NCBI GenBank assembly: GCA_030141605.1
Contig: JAQGDQ010000900.1
Span: forward strand, 1 to 64,000
Length of the DNA: 64,000 bases
Origin: Tubiluchus corallicola
Lineage: Eukaryota; Animalia; Priapulida
Direction: 5' to 3'
Under the pieces are notes generated by a model, which saw only the letters and a program-made list of their open reading frames with translations, made no database searches and had not been told where the DNA came from. This document shows, piece by piece, positions 19,591 to 32,300 of the stretch (within the stretch, counting starts at the first letter, position 1; each line of letters starts with the position of its first letter). Made by a program: the position numbers and the translations under genes.

Positions 19591-20716
19591 ACCTTAACTG
19601 CAACTTTCTCACGGAGAGACAACTGTGAAAAATTAAGCTGTTGTAGTTCACTTACAGTCAGAGAACTTATTTCTTGAGGATGCAAGACGTCCATTATTAA
19701 GTAATTTACGTTTTGAGACCACACGCTAAGTTTACACTTTATTATATCCAAGAATATGACGGTACACGGTAAGCACGTGGCAATTGTGACAGTAATAGAC
19801 ACAGTACTTTTCTACCTAGCAGCAGATGCTATCGTACAACGTGTTATCTCAGACGTGCGCGCATGACCGCATGCGCACAACAGTCAAACACCACGTTGCT
19901 TGGGCTGTGAAGCAAACAGTACTACCCTAACGTGCTCTGGGTTCCGTACAAGTATAAAAAAGAATTAAAGAAAAAAGACTTATTATATTGAATATTATCG
20001 ATAATAATGAGTGAAAACAGGGGGTGCTGCAGTAGCACAGTACCTACCTATACACGAGCCGCCACTGTCTAGCTTAGTATATGGCTTGCTGCTTCATTTG
20101 CCGAATTGAATCAGAAAGTTGCCTTTGTTAGGTAAACATAAGTTAATAATTTAGTAAAAAAATTAACTTGTAGGTGGCGCTAGTGGTAGCACTTCGCTAC
20201 AAAATACTCATATATTTTAAATATTTAAAGCGCAAGAAAACACGCATCATCATGTATGAAATTTTGTATCATCTACATGCTGTCTTATTGCACATAGAAC
20301 TTGTATCAGCAGTAACGCTGTATAAAACATGAAAACACCCTGCGACGATTTTTAGGCTCGGTCATTTTGTCTGTAAGTCGTTTGAAACACCTTTAGACAA
20401 CATTTGGTGAAGTTTGAAAAAAATTATCAGAGCATTCGTAGCGCACACATCACTAACTAAGTAAAAATATAAATTACTGTATCTTGTCGAAAGGATTAAA
20501 AATTCGAGCCGCCACTGGTCTTCTGTATAATTTATTGTGGTTTAACTAGTGGCTGTTGTACATCATTATCATCCTTTTAACTCTTGTTTCAGTTTGCATT
20601 TCGCTATTTCTACAAGTTGGTTGCATATGCAACTGGAAAATTAAAAAAAAATCCACAAAGTTGAGTTAAATGTTGCAAAATTTCATAATTATAATTTCAC
20701 ATAAAATTAGACTTAA

Positions 20717-21567
20717 AGGACAAGAAAGGGGTGCCTGAAGTGGTTTCAGAAAAATCGCCTTGAAAATTATACTACTTTACAGCAATTTTATGCACATATC
20801 GTACTCGCGTTGAAAGGAATTTTTGTTTGTTTTGATTTTAAATCACCCGCAATACTGTTCCGACGGCGCCATTACGTGACGTCACTACGAGATCGTAAAT
20901 CAGGGGAAGAAAAGGAAATGTTAAATTATGTCCCAAAAAACTTTCCGTGCAAATCTATATTACTTAGCATTTCGCTTACTTGTTGGAAAAACTTATGTAA
21001 CTAGAAAAGAAAATTATTAATTATTTAAAATGTTTTCACTAATTGGTAAAATGTCTCTGACTAACCTCCAGGGTGCACCACTCAGTAACCAAAAACGTAT
21101 TTTTAATCTTATTAACAAGGTACAGTAGTTTTAAATATTACTTAGTTAGTGACTTGTGAACTACGAATGCTCTGATTATTTCTTCAAACTTTACAAAATG
21201 TTATCTAAACTTGCTTCAAATGACCTGTCGTGAAAATGGCTGCGTCTAACGGCCATCGCGGGAGTTTAAATTTACATGTTTTATACAGCGTTACTGCCGA
21301 CGCAAGTCCTGCATGCAAAAAGACAGTACAGCAATGTCTACCATACTAGAGAAAGAACGGCAAGCTTCCTGGGGCCATAAAACTTGTTGTCTTTGAGTTA
21401 TACTAGTCAGACTAAAATAGTTTATGGTTACGAAATGTTCTTAACAACCAGGTTCTTAACATGTTTTATACAGCGTTACTGCCGATTGAAGTCCTGCATG
21501 CAAAAAGGCAGTATGTAATTTTTTAAGCTTTTTTAAGCTTTGCGTTTATGGAGGGTTTTCTTGCGCT
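20717..21567. mobile_element. Kolobok-like TTAA MITE family K3 with internal insert
   Basis: TTAA|AGGACAAGAAAG ... TTTTCTTGCGCT|TTAA. Related copies are at 28060-28796, 36739-37265 (inverted), 53943-54330, 20230-20470 (inverted) and about 3580-3775. Confidence 0.8.
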
Positions 21568-22072
21568 TTAATGCTGAAGAACGACTTAGTCAGAAATGTC
21601 ACTCATAGAAAGATTTTTTTCGTCTCTTGGGCAAGGCTGTGTCAACATTCCCATGCAAGTACATTGCAGAACTTGCTCTTGTGTTTGCTGAAGATTTCTC
21701 TCTGAAATCTCAGGCGTCCCAGTGTAAACGCCAGAAAGTGGATTCACAAAGAAGAGGAGAATTTATCAATTTACCGTCTCCTCGGTTGAATTCAGGGTAG
21801 TTACACTTGCAGCGACTGAAAAGAAGGGTTTTCACGTTTCAAGTTGATAGATATGTTCAGTTTTTTTTTATGTCGCCCTCTCCTCCTCACAGACAGCCAA
21901 TGGTCACTCCGCCAGCTAATGGTCACTCCGCGCGGGCGGTTATAGTTGAAGGTTGGAAATGTGGATGCTGGACTAAATAATACGAGTCTTGTAACTAATG
22001 AGGTATTGTTTGCTGTTCAATCTTTGGTTTAAACAATTGAATTTAGCTCTGATTATTGTGTTGTTACTAACA

Positions 22073-22325
22073 ATATATATATATATATATATAGCTTTGT
22101 TTATTATATTATATTATATTATATTATATTATATTATATTATATTATATTATATTATATTATATTATATTATATTATATTATATTATATTATATTATTAT
22201 ATATATATATATATATATTTAGCTGTGATTATTGTGTTGTTACTAATAATTAATAATATATATATATATACATATATATATATAATAGCTTTGAATGCAG
22301 CGTGTATATATATATATATATATCA
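22073..22325. repeat. (TA)n/(TATAT)n microsatellite
   Basis: Direct reading. Confidence 0.95.
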
Positions 22326-23525
22326 TCTTTATTCGCACATAATGATTGCATTACATGCAATATATAACAGGGTAAGTAGTGCTATTTACATTAGTATATA
22401 TATTGTTAGTAGCGAATACAACATTTCATTAATATAATTAACTGTGAAACCTTCAATTACATATTCATTATGCAAAGTCCAGAAGAGAATCTACGTTGTT
22501 ATGTCGACAGGTCTACAAGCATAAGTATGGTGGTTCACGTGTGCTCTAATACGATTTCTACAGAGTATACTTATACTAATATGATTATTTAACACAGCGA
22601 ATGAGCACAGTTCTGGATCGGCTGATAAAGCGCTTTGAAATGCAATACTGGGTTTATTTTGGGATATGTATTCATTTACGTTTTCAAAAAAACAATGTAT
22701 GTATTTTGTGTGCACAGTGTTTACTACATATGATCATAGAACGTTCGAGTTCGATTCGAACGAGTTTTTTAGATCGATTTCATTTCGAACCTAAAATTAT
22801 AGATTCGAATAATTCAGCACTTCAACTACATACGTTCTTTATCATTAAAACGTTTCAAACATCTTGCATTTAGGACAATTTAGCAGTACTTTCTGTCGTC
22901 AGTTTTTCAACAAATTATTCGTGTTTTTCATTGCAGAATAAAATAAAGCAACATGCACTATCTTTTTGTGATACCGCTTTCTAGTAATAATTCAAAAATT
23001 TATTCGAAAATCTTTACAACGGGTTTCGAATTGGGTCGGATTCGAACCCTGGTTTGATTCGAGTTTGAAGAATTTGCTTTCTGGTAGAGAATGCTGGCGC
23101 TCCTACTAGATATTACCTAGTAGATATTAAATATTAACTAATTTACTCGTCTGGAATAGAGTGAAGCTGCATTATTAACAGGAAATAATTTTCTGGTAAA
23201 CTACAACCTCCAGGGAGTAATAGATGTTTCATTTCAATGAATAAACTGTACATTAACACTTGTCAGCTCAAACCAATTTCATAATGATACTGACACACGG
23301 CAGATAGTTCTGCTTTTCTGATGATTCTTTTTCAGATCAGTTTAAAGTGTTTTATTGCACATCAGTAAACATTTTTTTGGATCTATCGGAATTTACTGAT
23401 TAGTAAACCAAAGAGATTAGCATCAGAGGTACTCGAAATGCAAATAAACAGTGTACATAAAAGGTCATGGTACAATGAAGTAGTCGAGGCTGTAAAAAAT
23501 ATACCATAGATGCTAATAAAGAAAG

Positions 23526-24060
23526 GGTGAAGGTCATGAAAAAGTCTGAATGGAAGAAAGAAATAAAGAATAAGATTGAATGTTGTATAAAGAGCAAATG
23601 TGCAGAAAAATGCAGGAGTAGCACTAAATTAAGATTTTTAAGGCATACCGAGTGGAAACGACAAAATTACATAGACACATGCAAGCCAGAAGAGGTTAAA
23701 GATATATTTAAAATAAGACTGAATATGATTAAAGTTAAAGGGAACTACAAGAATGAGTTTAAGGATCAGTTATTATGCCCAATGTGTTGGGAGGATGATG
23801 ACACTACTGAATATATGCTTAGATGTTACAGATATGGAGAATGGAAAAAAATTTTGAACTCAGATATATTAATGAACAGTGAAAAGGAAGGATTGCTAGA
23901 AATTAGAAATCTAGTGAACGAATGTATGGAATACAGGATAAAGACAAATAAAGACATTAAACTTGGAAAAGACAATTAAAAGAAGAATAGACTTTGCACC
24001 CTATAAAGGTGCCCGCCTCTGATAGGTGGAGAGAGTCGAGTATCGCAATCGCAATCGCAA
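23526..24060 (+). mobile_element. 3' fragment of a LINE (ORF2 C-terminus with degenerate CCHC knuckle)
   Basis: TKLRFL...IFKIRLNMIKVKGNYK...CPMC-x7-YMLRC (His position altered), then a stop, a short UTR and an (ATCGCA)3 tail at 24042-24059. Confidence 0.7.
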
Positions 24061-24409
24061 AAAACAGCTCATAACGAAAAAAGTTGGCTTTTCCTGTACA
24101 AAAAAATAAAAATGTCAAAATGTCAGCCTCTGTTATGTGTTCTGGCTACTGGGATTGACCAGTGCGAGACAACCGGATTAGTTGGGTCAAGGCTATTTAA
24201 ACCGAGTCTGACCAGTGTTCTATTTTTTGCCAGTAATTTGTAAAAGTTTAAAAATAGCCATTGATTGTCACTCAATAATCAAAAATTTACAATTCATACA
24301 TTTCACTACGTTGATTATAGGTCTTTGTTTACCTACATGCATTGGTAGTTTGTTAAAGAATGTAGTTGACATGGTATAACCAATAAATGGAGAGACATCA
24401 CTAGTGAAA

Positions 24410-24732
24410 GATGATGATGATGAAGATGACGATGACGACGATGATGACGATGACGATGATATGATGATGAAGATGATGATGACGATGACGATGATGATGC
24501 CGACGACGACGACGACGACGATGACAATGATACGATGATGACGTTGACGACTACAATGACGATGATATGAAGATGATGATGCCGATGCCGATGATGGCGA
24601 TGACGATGGTGATGATGATGATGTCGATGCCGATGCCGATGACGATGATGACGGTGATGATGACGATTATTACAAACATGTTGCTGATGATGGCGACGAT
24701 GGGGATGGTGATGATGATGATGATGTTGATGA
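24410..24732. repeat. (GAT/GAC)n compound microsatellite
   Basis: Direct reading. Confidence 0.9.
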
Positions 24733-26849
24733 AAAATGCATTGTTGCTGGTTACGATATTTAATCAAATTAATTAATTTAAAAAAAATGAAATAAAATAA
24801 AAAAAAAATAAAATCGTTGTTTGCTTATTGGATAATTTTTGTTTGTAAACAAGTTATAAAAATTTCTCCTGACTTCGTTGTAGAGAACTAACGTATTGAC
24901 TAACTGACCGACCACTAACAAACAAAACTCAATTAAATCAATCAAACAAACAAGTAGACCTCCACACAAACAAATACTGTTTAACACAGTGTTATTGGAG
25001 TAATTATTTTTCTTTGCAGGTACGTCACGTGACGCCTTGCGACTAATTTTTGTCAAACTGTGTAATTTATTTTCACCAAATCGGTCGGGTCAAGGCATCT
25101 GGGTCAGTCGGATCAATCGGGTCACACCCCTTTACCCGGTTCAACCATTAACATCTGCCAGTTGATGTGCAGCTCTTTGCACTTCTGACAACACATGATC
25201 ATGTCACATTAAAGCGAATTAAATTTCTAATGCGACACTGATGACATTATTACGTACGATAATAATCCTTGCATGTATAACAAAAATTTATCAAATATAA
25301 TGAACGTGTATTAATGCTTAATCACTCCCTTCACGGCTGTAATGACATATTGCCATAGGATTTTGCCACCTAGCGTTAGAAAAATGATGTTCACATAATT
25401 TCTATAGAATTTTGTCACCTAGCACTAGATTACCGATGGTCGCTACAGCCATTAAAGCATCATTGTAGATTGCAAAGCACTAAATGATTGCCTACTATAA
25501 ACTGACTGGAATATAAGTTGTCTATCTTTACAAGATGTGCAAATCTTCTTGTTCGACTTCTCGCAGTTTGTAAGTTATTAAACAAAATAAAGAATTGGGT
25601 CAAAGGTCAAACAAAGTTCAATCACTAGAGTTCAATACACACAAGTCACTATTTTAAATTCAACGAAAACCCAATGGAAACTCAGCAAAAGGCTCAGAGT
25701 TTTAGCGAAGATAACTACAGCCTAAATATGAATATTTACAAATTAGCAGACACACAAACAAACAGACATGCTACTACCAGTCTCTCCTCAATTGCGAAGG
25801 GGGAAGGGGTAGATTATGAAAATTATGTTCGTTTGTGACGTCATCAATAGTTGGGCTCACCCGCCATTAACTAAGATTTTAATCTAGTATTTAATTATCC
25901 CGAAACACTTTTGCAGAGTTAATTGTGTTAATACGTGTACTTTTTACCGTATTTGAAAATGGGATAGTATATGAAAAATCATCCTGCTTTCCTTTAAGGT
26001 GATAATATTATGAACGTTACCTGAAAAATCGCCTAAACCGCCAACAGCCATTGTTATTCCAGGTTTTCATCAAATTCTTGGTAACCAAGACAGTTGTAAT
26101 CCGTGATAATTGTAACACTGAGGTATTCAGCTGTAGTTTCAACTTTCAAAACGATGAACAGACTTATCTGTAAGCGCCAACTGTTTTCTTAAAACGTTAG
26201 AAAGTTAGACCGCTAATTCGTTTACAGTTGAAAAATGTTTATTTTAAAACTTTTCACACCTATCAGTCACTTCTGTCAATAACTAATCGCTTCTCTATCC
26301 AATAATCCTGTGTTCGTGTTCAAGGTATTGAAACGCAGCGAACAACAGATGAAGGAGACGACGGAATTCGTGGCTGAAGCTAATGCGCATGCTCGCACGC
26401 AATGAATTCGCTAATGTTTCTTAGAGGACAAGAAAATGGCCAACCAAAGTAAGCCTCAGAAAATCCGCAATAAAGAAAATTATTGCACCTAAGTAAAATT
26501 TTAAGCGAGTAAAGTACTCACGTTTTCGCATTTACTGAAATTTTACTCCAATTTTTGTAAAATATTACAACCACTGCAGTAAACGTTGACGCAGACATGT
26601 TTCATTTAGTCCGCCAATTGAAAAGCCAGCATGTGACTGATCACGTGACATGACATCACTGGAACACAGTCGCAGTGAGTTCTGTGCACGTGTACTATAA
26701 AGATTTGTGTTGTGGTTGTGTGACGCCATCTAATATGGCCACTAGGGCTAAATGGAGGTCAGTCCCTCGAACGAAGTTCCTGGAACTAGTTCCTTCTTCT
26801 GGGACTTGAAACTGAAACTAATTCTTTGTAACAAAATGGAACTTGAAAC

Positions 26850-27580
26850 TATACCTAATTGCTTTTGTAAAAAGTTACATGAACTTGGACCTTGAATGGA
26901 CAGAAAATAGATCTGTGAACGAGAGCTAAAATAGGTTCCTTTTTGTGCAAAGGAATTTGGAACTAGAACAAATTCCCATCTTAAAAAGTTAGATGAACTT
27001 GGACCTTGAATGGACAGAAAATAGATTTGTGAACGAGAGCTAAAATAGGTTCGTCTTTGTGCAAAGGAATTTGAAGCTAGAACAAATTTCTTTTGTAAAA
27101 AGTTAGATGAACTTGGACCTCGAATGGACAGAAAATAGATCTGTGAACGGGAGCTAAAATAGGTTCGTCTTTGTGAAAAGGAATTTGGAACTAGGACAAA
27201 TTTCTTTTGTAAAAAGTTAGATGAACTTGGACCTCGAATGGACAGAAAATAGATCTGTGAACGGGAGCTAAAATAGGTTCCTTTTTGTGAAAAGGAATTT
27301 GGAACTAGGACAAATTTCTTTTGTAAAAAGTTAGATGAACTTGGACCTTGAATGGACAGAAAATAGATCTGTGAACGGGAGCTAAAATAAGTTCCTTTTG
27401 TGAAAAGGAATTTGGAACTAGGACAAATTTCTTTTGTAAAAAGTTAGATGAACTTGGACCTAGAATGGACAGAAAATAGATCTGTGAACGAGAGCTAAAA
27501 TAGGTTTCTTTTCGTGCACAGGAATTTGAAACTAGAACAAATTCCTTTTGTAAAAAGTTACATGAACTTGGACCTCGAAT
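26850..27580. repeat. 114-bp tandem array (~6 copies) inside a GGAAC-rich element ending ACATCCCTG at 27671
   Basis: gaacttggacc recurs at 26881, 26995, 27109, 27223, 27337, ~27450 and 27564. Confidence 0.93.
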
Positions 27581-27673
27581 TAGTTACTTTTATCCCGGAG
27601 GAACATGGAACAGGAACTTGGTGCTGGAACGTGGAACTAGTTCGTAAAACTGAGGAATTTTTACATCCCTGAG

Positions 27674-27748
27674 CGCCACGAACCCACCGCCACGAACCCA
27701 CCGCCACGAACCTACCGCCACGAACTCACAGCCACAACCTCACAGCCA
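27674..27748. repeat. 15-bp minisatellite (~5 copies)
   Basis: gccacgaacccacc-type unit that degenerates to the right. Confidence 0.85.
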
Positions 27749-28059
27749 TTAGAGGCATATAATATGTAACGGCGCTACGAGAGCTAAGCTTCATTATGAT
27801 TCCACATTCATCAGTGACAAGCGTTTCAGCCAGCTGCTCTCAACAACCAAGGAAGCCTAGCAATCAGCAAGCGGTCATAATAGTTCACGAAGCTTAGTAA
27901 TGAAGCCAAGTATAAGTAAAGAGTTAATGTAATAACAGTTCATGCAGCACAGTATGAAGCCAAGTATGAATAAGTAGTTAATGATAAATGGTGTGTCTAT
28001 GGTATCACTATTGTCTTGAAAAAACCTCTTCTTAGTGTCTTGTGATAGCATAAACTTAA

Positions 28060-28796
28060 ATGACAAGAAAAGGGGTGCCTGAAGTATGTTTGAAAAATCG
28101 CCCTGAAAAATTATACGACTTTACAGCAATTTTATGCACATATCGTATTCGCTTTGAAAGGAATTTTCGTTTGTTTTCATTTTAAATCTCCCGCAATACT
28201 GTTCCGAAGTCGCCATTACATGACGTCATACACGCACAACGTAAATCAGGGGAAGAAAAGGAAATATTAAACTATCTTCCAAAAACTTTCCATGCTTATG
28301 TATATTACTAAGCATTTTGCTTACCTACTTGAAAGACTTATATAACTAGAAAAGAAAATTGTTAATTATTTAAAATGTTTTCACCGATTTGTAAAATGTA
28401 GTTGACCCACCTCCAGGGTGCACCACTCACTAACCAGAAAACGTATTTTTAGTCTTATTGACAAGATACAATATCTTAAAATTTTGCTTAGTTAGTGAAG
28501 AATGCGCTACGAGTGCTCTGATTATTTTTTCAAACTTTACACAATGTTATCTAAACTTGTTTCAAATGAGCTGTTGTCAAAATGGCTGCGTCTAACGGTC
28601 ATCGCGGGAGTTTAAATGCACATGTTTTAAGCAACGTTACTGCCGACGCAAGTCCTGCATGCAAAAAGACAGTACAGCAATGTCTACCATACTAGAGAAA
28701 GAACAGCAAGCTTCCTGGGGCCATAACACTTGTTGTCTTTGAGTTATACTAGTCAGACTAAAATAGTTCATGGTTACGAAATGTTCTTAACAACCA
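28060..28796. mobile_element. Kolobok-like family K3 copy sharing the insert of the 20717 copy; right end missing
   Basis: Colinear with 20717-21450, including the junction into the insert ...cagtacagcaatgtctaccatactagag...gttcttaacaacca. Confidence 0.8.
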
Positions 28797-29337
28797 AAGT
28801 TAAGCGTTCAAAAAGTCCGTTCAGTAAGTGGATGAGCGATTGCGAGGAAATCTGCTTCAGAGACTTTTATCCGTCGTAATGTTTTCGCTGTTGAAGGACA
28901 CGCATGCGTACTAAGGATCTCTGCCTGTTACAGAATTGTTCTTGATAAATCGCTAGATTCCTGTACTGCCACAACTATAGCTGTGGGTTGTTGTTTGATT
29001 TTCGCTTGACAAACAGTGTAGTACTCAGACAAAATGTAACAGTGAAAAAGCATTATAATCCTGCTACAGTATTGCACAACGATTGTGCTGCAAATGTCTG
29101 TGCTTCGTCGCAACAAAAACGTGAAACAAAACAAACCAGAAACTTTGATGCTACAGAAAGATTTATGAGACAAAATGAAAGACATCCAATTAGCACAGCC
29201 TTTGAACATAATTTGATTCTCTCAAAGTCTGGGGCGTAATTAACGACTCGACTAAAACTGCATCTTAATCACCATGGCAACGTGAATAATGATTTCATAA
29301 TAATTACGATGTTTGGAAACCGTTGGTGACGGTTGCC

Positions 29338-32300
29338 ATGGTTTCGTTTTTGCCTCTTATTGTATATTATCTTACCAGGATGATTTGGAAGTGGTTGTGT
29401 CATCTCGGGTGGGTCTTTGACGGACGCTCAGGGGAGGATGGGCGAAATGGAAAGAGTTACAGTCTGCAGAATGAAATGGTTTCCATGCTAAATGCTTTGG
29501 CTATTCTTGACAACACGCTAAAAACTACGGCAAATAGTAAGACGATGGAAAAAAGTTGTGATAAGAGAGACGTTAACGCTGATTCTGACGTTACCGCATA
29601 CGAAAATGAAGATAGTTTGATTAAATTTGAAAAATCAGACCCACAAATTCTCCCAGAAGAGAATATCTTCAACGAACTGGAACGGTTTGCCCACGAAGAC
29701 GATTCACTTGCAGAGAATGAGCCACTCTTAGGCATGTGGTTTAACGACAGTTATAACCTGAATGACTCCAACGTATCCGGAAAAGAGGAGTCACTTGAGA
29801 ATTCTAACTGCGTCGGCGATAATAGTAAAAACCAGAAGGACTTTATGCAGGAAAGAGATGAAATATCTTCCATTGACGGAGCGGGCGATGATGAACTAGT
29901 AACGGATGATGTGAAGCTTGAACTGAATTTATTAGACAGAAATGAACAGTTATTGTGGAATAAATTGGGTCATATACTGGCAACTCTATCTGTAAGTGGA
30001 AAAATTAATGATTCTTTAGAGGGAAATAAAACAGCGGGAAAAGGGGAGTAAGAATGATGCAGAGGGGATAACATGTCTAAGAAAGCGAGAGAAGGGGAGA
30101 GGGCAAACCAGCTGCAGACTAACCGATTAACTAACCAGCCACTTAGCAAAATGATTTCTTAACTAAATGGCTTCTTGACTGATGTCTGTCCAGCTAGCTT
30201 ACTGACCAACGGATTAGCAGACTGACCAGCAAGCCAGATTTATAGATTTTTTTATTAATTTATAGATTGACTAACTGAGTGACTGATTGACTACCTAATT
30301 TACCTGGCAAAACGACTGACTAACTGGCTTACTCACTAACTGACAGACTGATTGACTGACAGACGACCTAACTGACTGCCTAACCCACGCACTGACTGAC
30401 TGACTGTTAGACTGACTGACTGCATAACTAACTGGTCGGTTGGCGTACTTGCTAGCGGGCTTTTTTGGCTGAACAGCCGACTGACCAACAAATTTGCCGT
30501 TTACTTAATAACATATAATTTGAGAAAGGAAACGAAAATAAAGAACGAGACAGCCGATCAGTATGGTGGGTACGGTGAGGATAAACTCAACGATAGGTGC
30601 TTAGACAGAAGACTGAAGAGGACAGACAGAATGATAGGTGCTTAGACAAAAGACTGGAGAGGACAGATACAATGATAGGTGCTTAGACAGAAGACTGGAG
30701 AGGACAGACACAATGGTAGGTGCTTAGACAAAAGACTGGAGAGGACAGATACAATGGTAGGTGCTTAGACAGAAGACTGGACAGGACAAACACAATGGTA
30801 GGTGCTTAGACAGAAGGCTGAAGAGGACAGACACAATGGTAGGTGCTTAGACAGAAGACTGAAGACGACAGATACAACGATAGGTGCTTAGACAAAAGAC
30901 TGGGGAGGACAGATACAATGGTAGGTGCTTAGATAGAAGACTGAAGAGGACAGACAGAATGATAGGTGCTTAGACAGAAGACTGGAGAGGACAGACGCAA
31001 TGATAGGTGCTTAAGCAAAAGACTGGAGAGGACAGACGCATTGATAGGTGCTTAAGCAAAAGACTGGAGAGGACAAACACAATGATAGGTGCTTAGACAA
31101 ACGACTGAAGAGGACAGACAGAATGATAGGTGCTTAGACAGAAGACTGGAGAGGACAGACGCAATGATAGGTGCTTAAGCAAAAGACTGGAGAGGACAGA
31201 CGCATTGATAGGTGCTTAAGTAAAAGATTGGAGAGGACAGACATAATGATAGGTGCTTAGACAGAAGACTGAAGAGGACAGAGACAATGGTAGGTTCTTA
31301 CACATAAGACTGAAGAGGACAGACACAATGGTAGGTGCTTAGACAGAAGACTGGACAGGACAAACACAATGGTAGGTGCTTAGACAGAAGGCTGAAGAGG
31401 ACAGACACAATGGTAGGTGCTTAGACAGAAGACTGAAGAGGACAGACACAATGGTAGGTGCTTAGACAGAAGACTGGAGAGGACAGACACAATGATAGGT
31501 GCTTAGACAGAAGACTGAAGAGGACAGACACAGTGGTAGGTGCTTAGACAGAAGACTGAAGAGGACAGACACAATGGTAGGTTCTTAGACAGAAGACTGG
31601 AGAGGACAGACACAATGGTAGGTGCTTAGACAGAAGACTGAAGAGGACAGACACAATGGTAAGTGCTTAGACAGAAGACTGAAGAGGACAGACACAATGT
31701 TAGGTGCTTAGACAAAAGACTGGAGAGGACAGACACAATGGTAGGTGCTTAGGCAGAAGACTGGAGAGGAAATATCGAAGACCACAGAGGGCTAACTTTG
31801 AAATTTATGCTTTATGCAGGAGGCACAGAGCATGCTGCTCGAAAACAGCAACGGAAAAACAAGAGAAGTTGCCTTAAAAGTGCAAGAAGAAATAAAGAAC
31901 TTGAATGAAATTGCAAACGTGTTAAGAAGCTCGGCAAGACGAATCCAGTCAGACAGCAAAGATGCTAATGCCCGTTCTGAAACGGAACGTACCACTGATA
32001 AAATGGAACGAAAGTGAGTTTTCTATTTAGTGACATGTAGAACGTAAGAAGTGCCAGAGAATTCATCAGAATCGGTAGGTGCCAGAGCTGTGCCTAGCTG
32101 GATTCCTAACTGTGGCGCCCGGGGGGGGGGGGGTAACTTCTGGCCGCCCTTTTAATGTCCCCCCAATCATTTGTTTCGTTGGTGAAGCCACAAATTGTGC
32201 ATCCCTGAGCCTGGTTTTCCTTTTTCCACCTGATGGAATAAAGATAAACGATTTTTTTTTCTCTAAAAATCGCCTCGAGTTTGATTTGTGGTACTGCAGC

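Noticed and set aside
28988-29239. 83-aa ORF upstream of gene A
   Set aside because: It starts at TTG and has no recognisable motif or compatible splice link to 29338; more likely promoter or 5' UTR.
30589-31770. CRISPR-like appearance of the 27-47 bp arrays
   Set aside because: Units are head-to-tail with no unique spacers, there are no cas genes and the context is eukaryotic.
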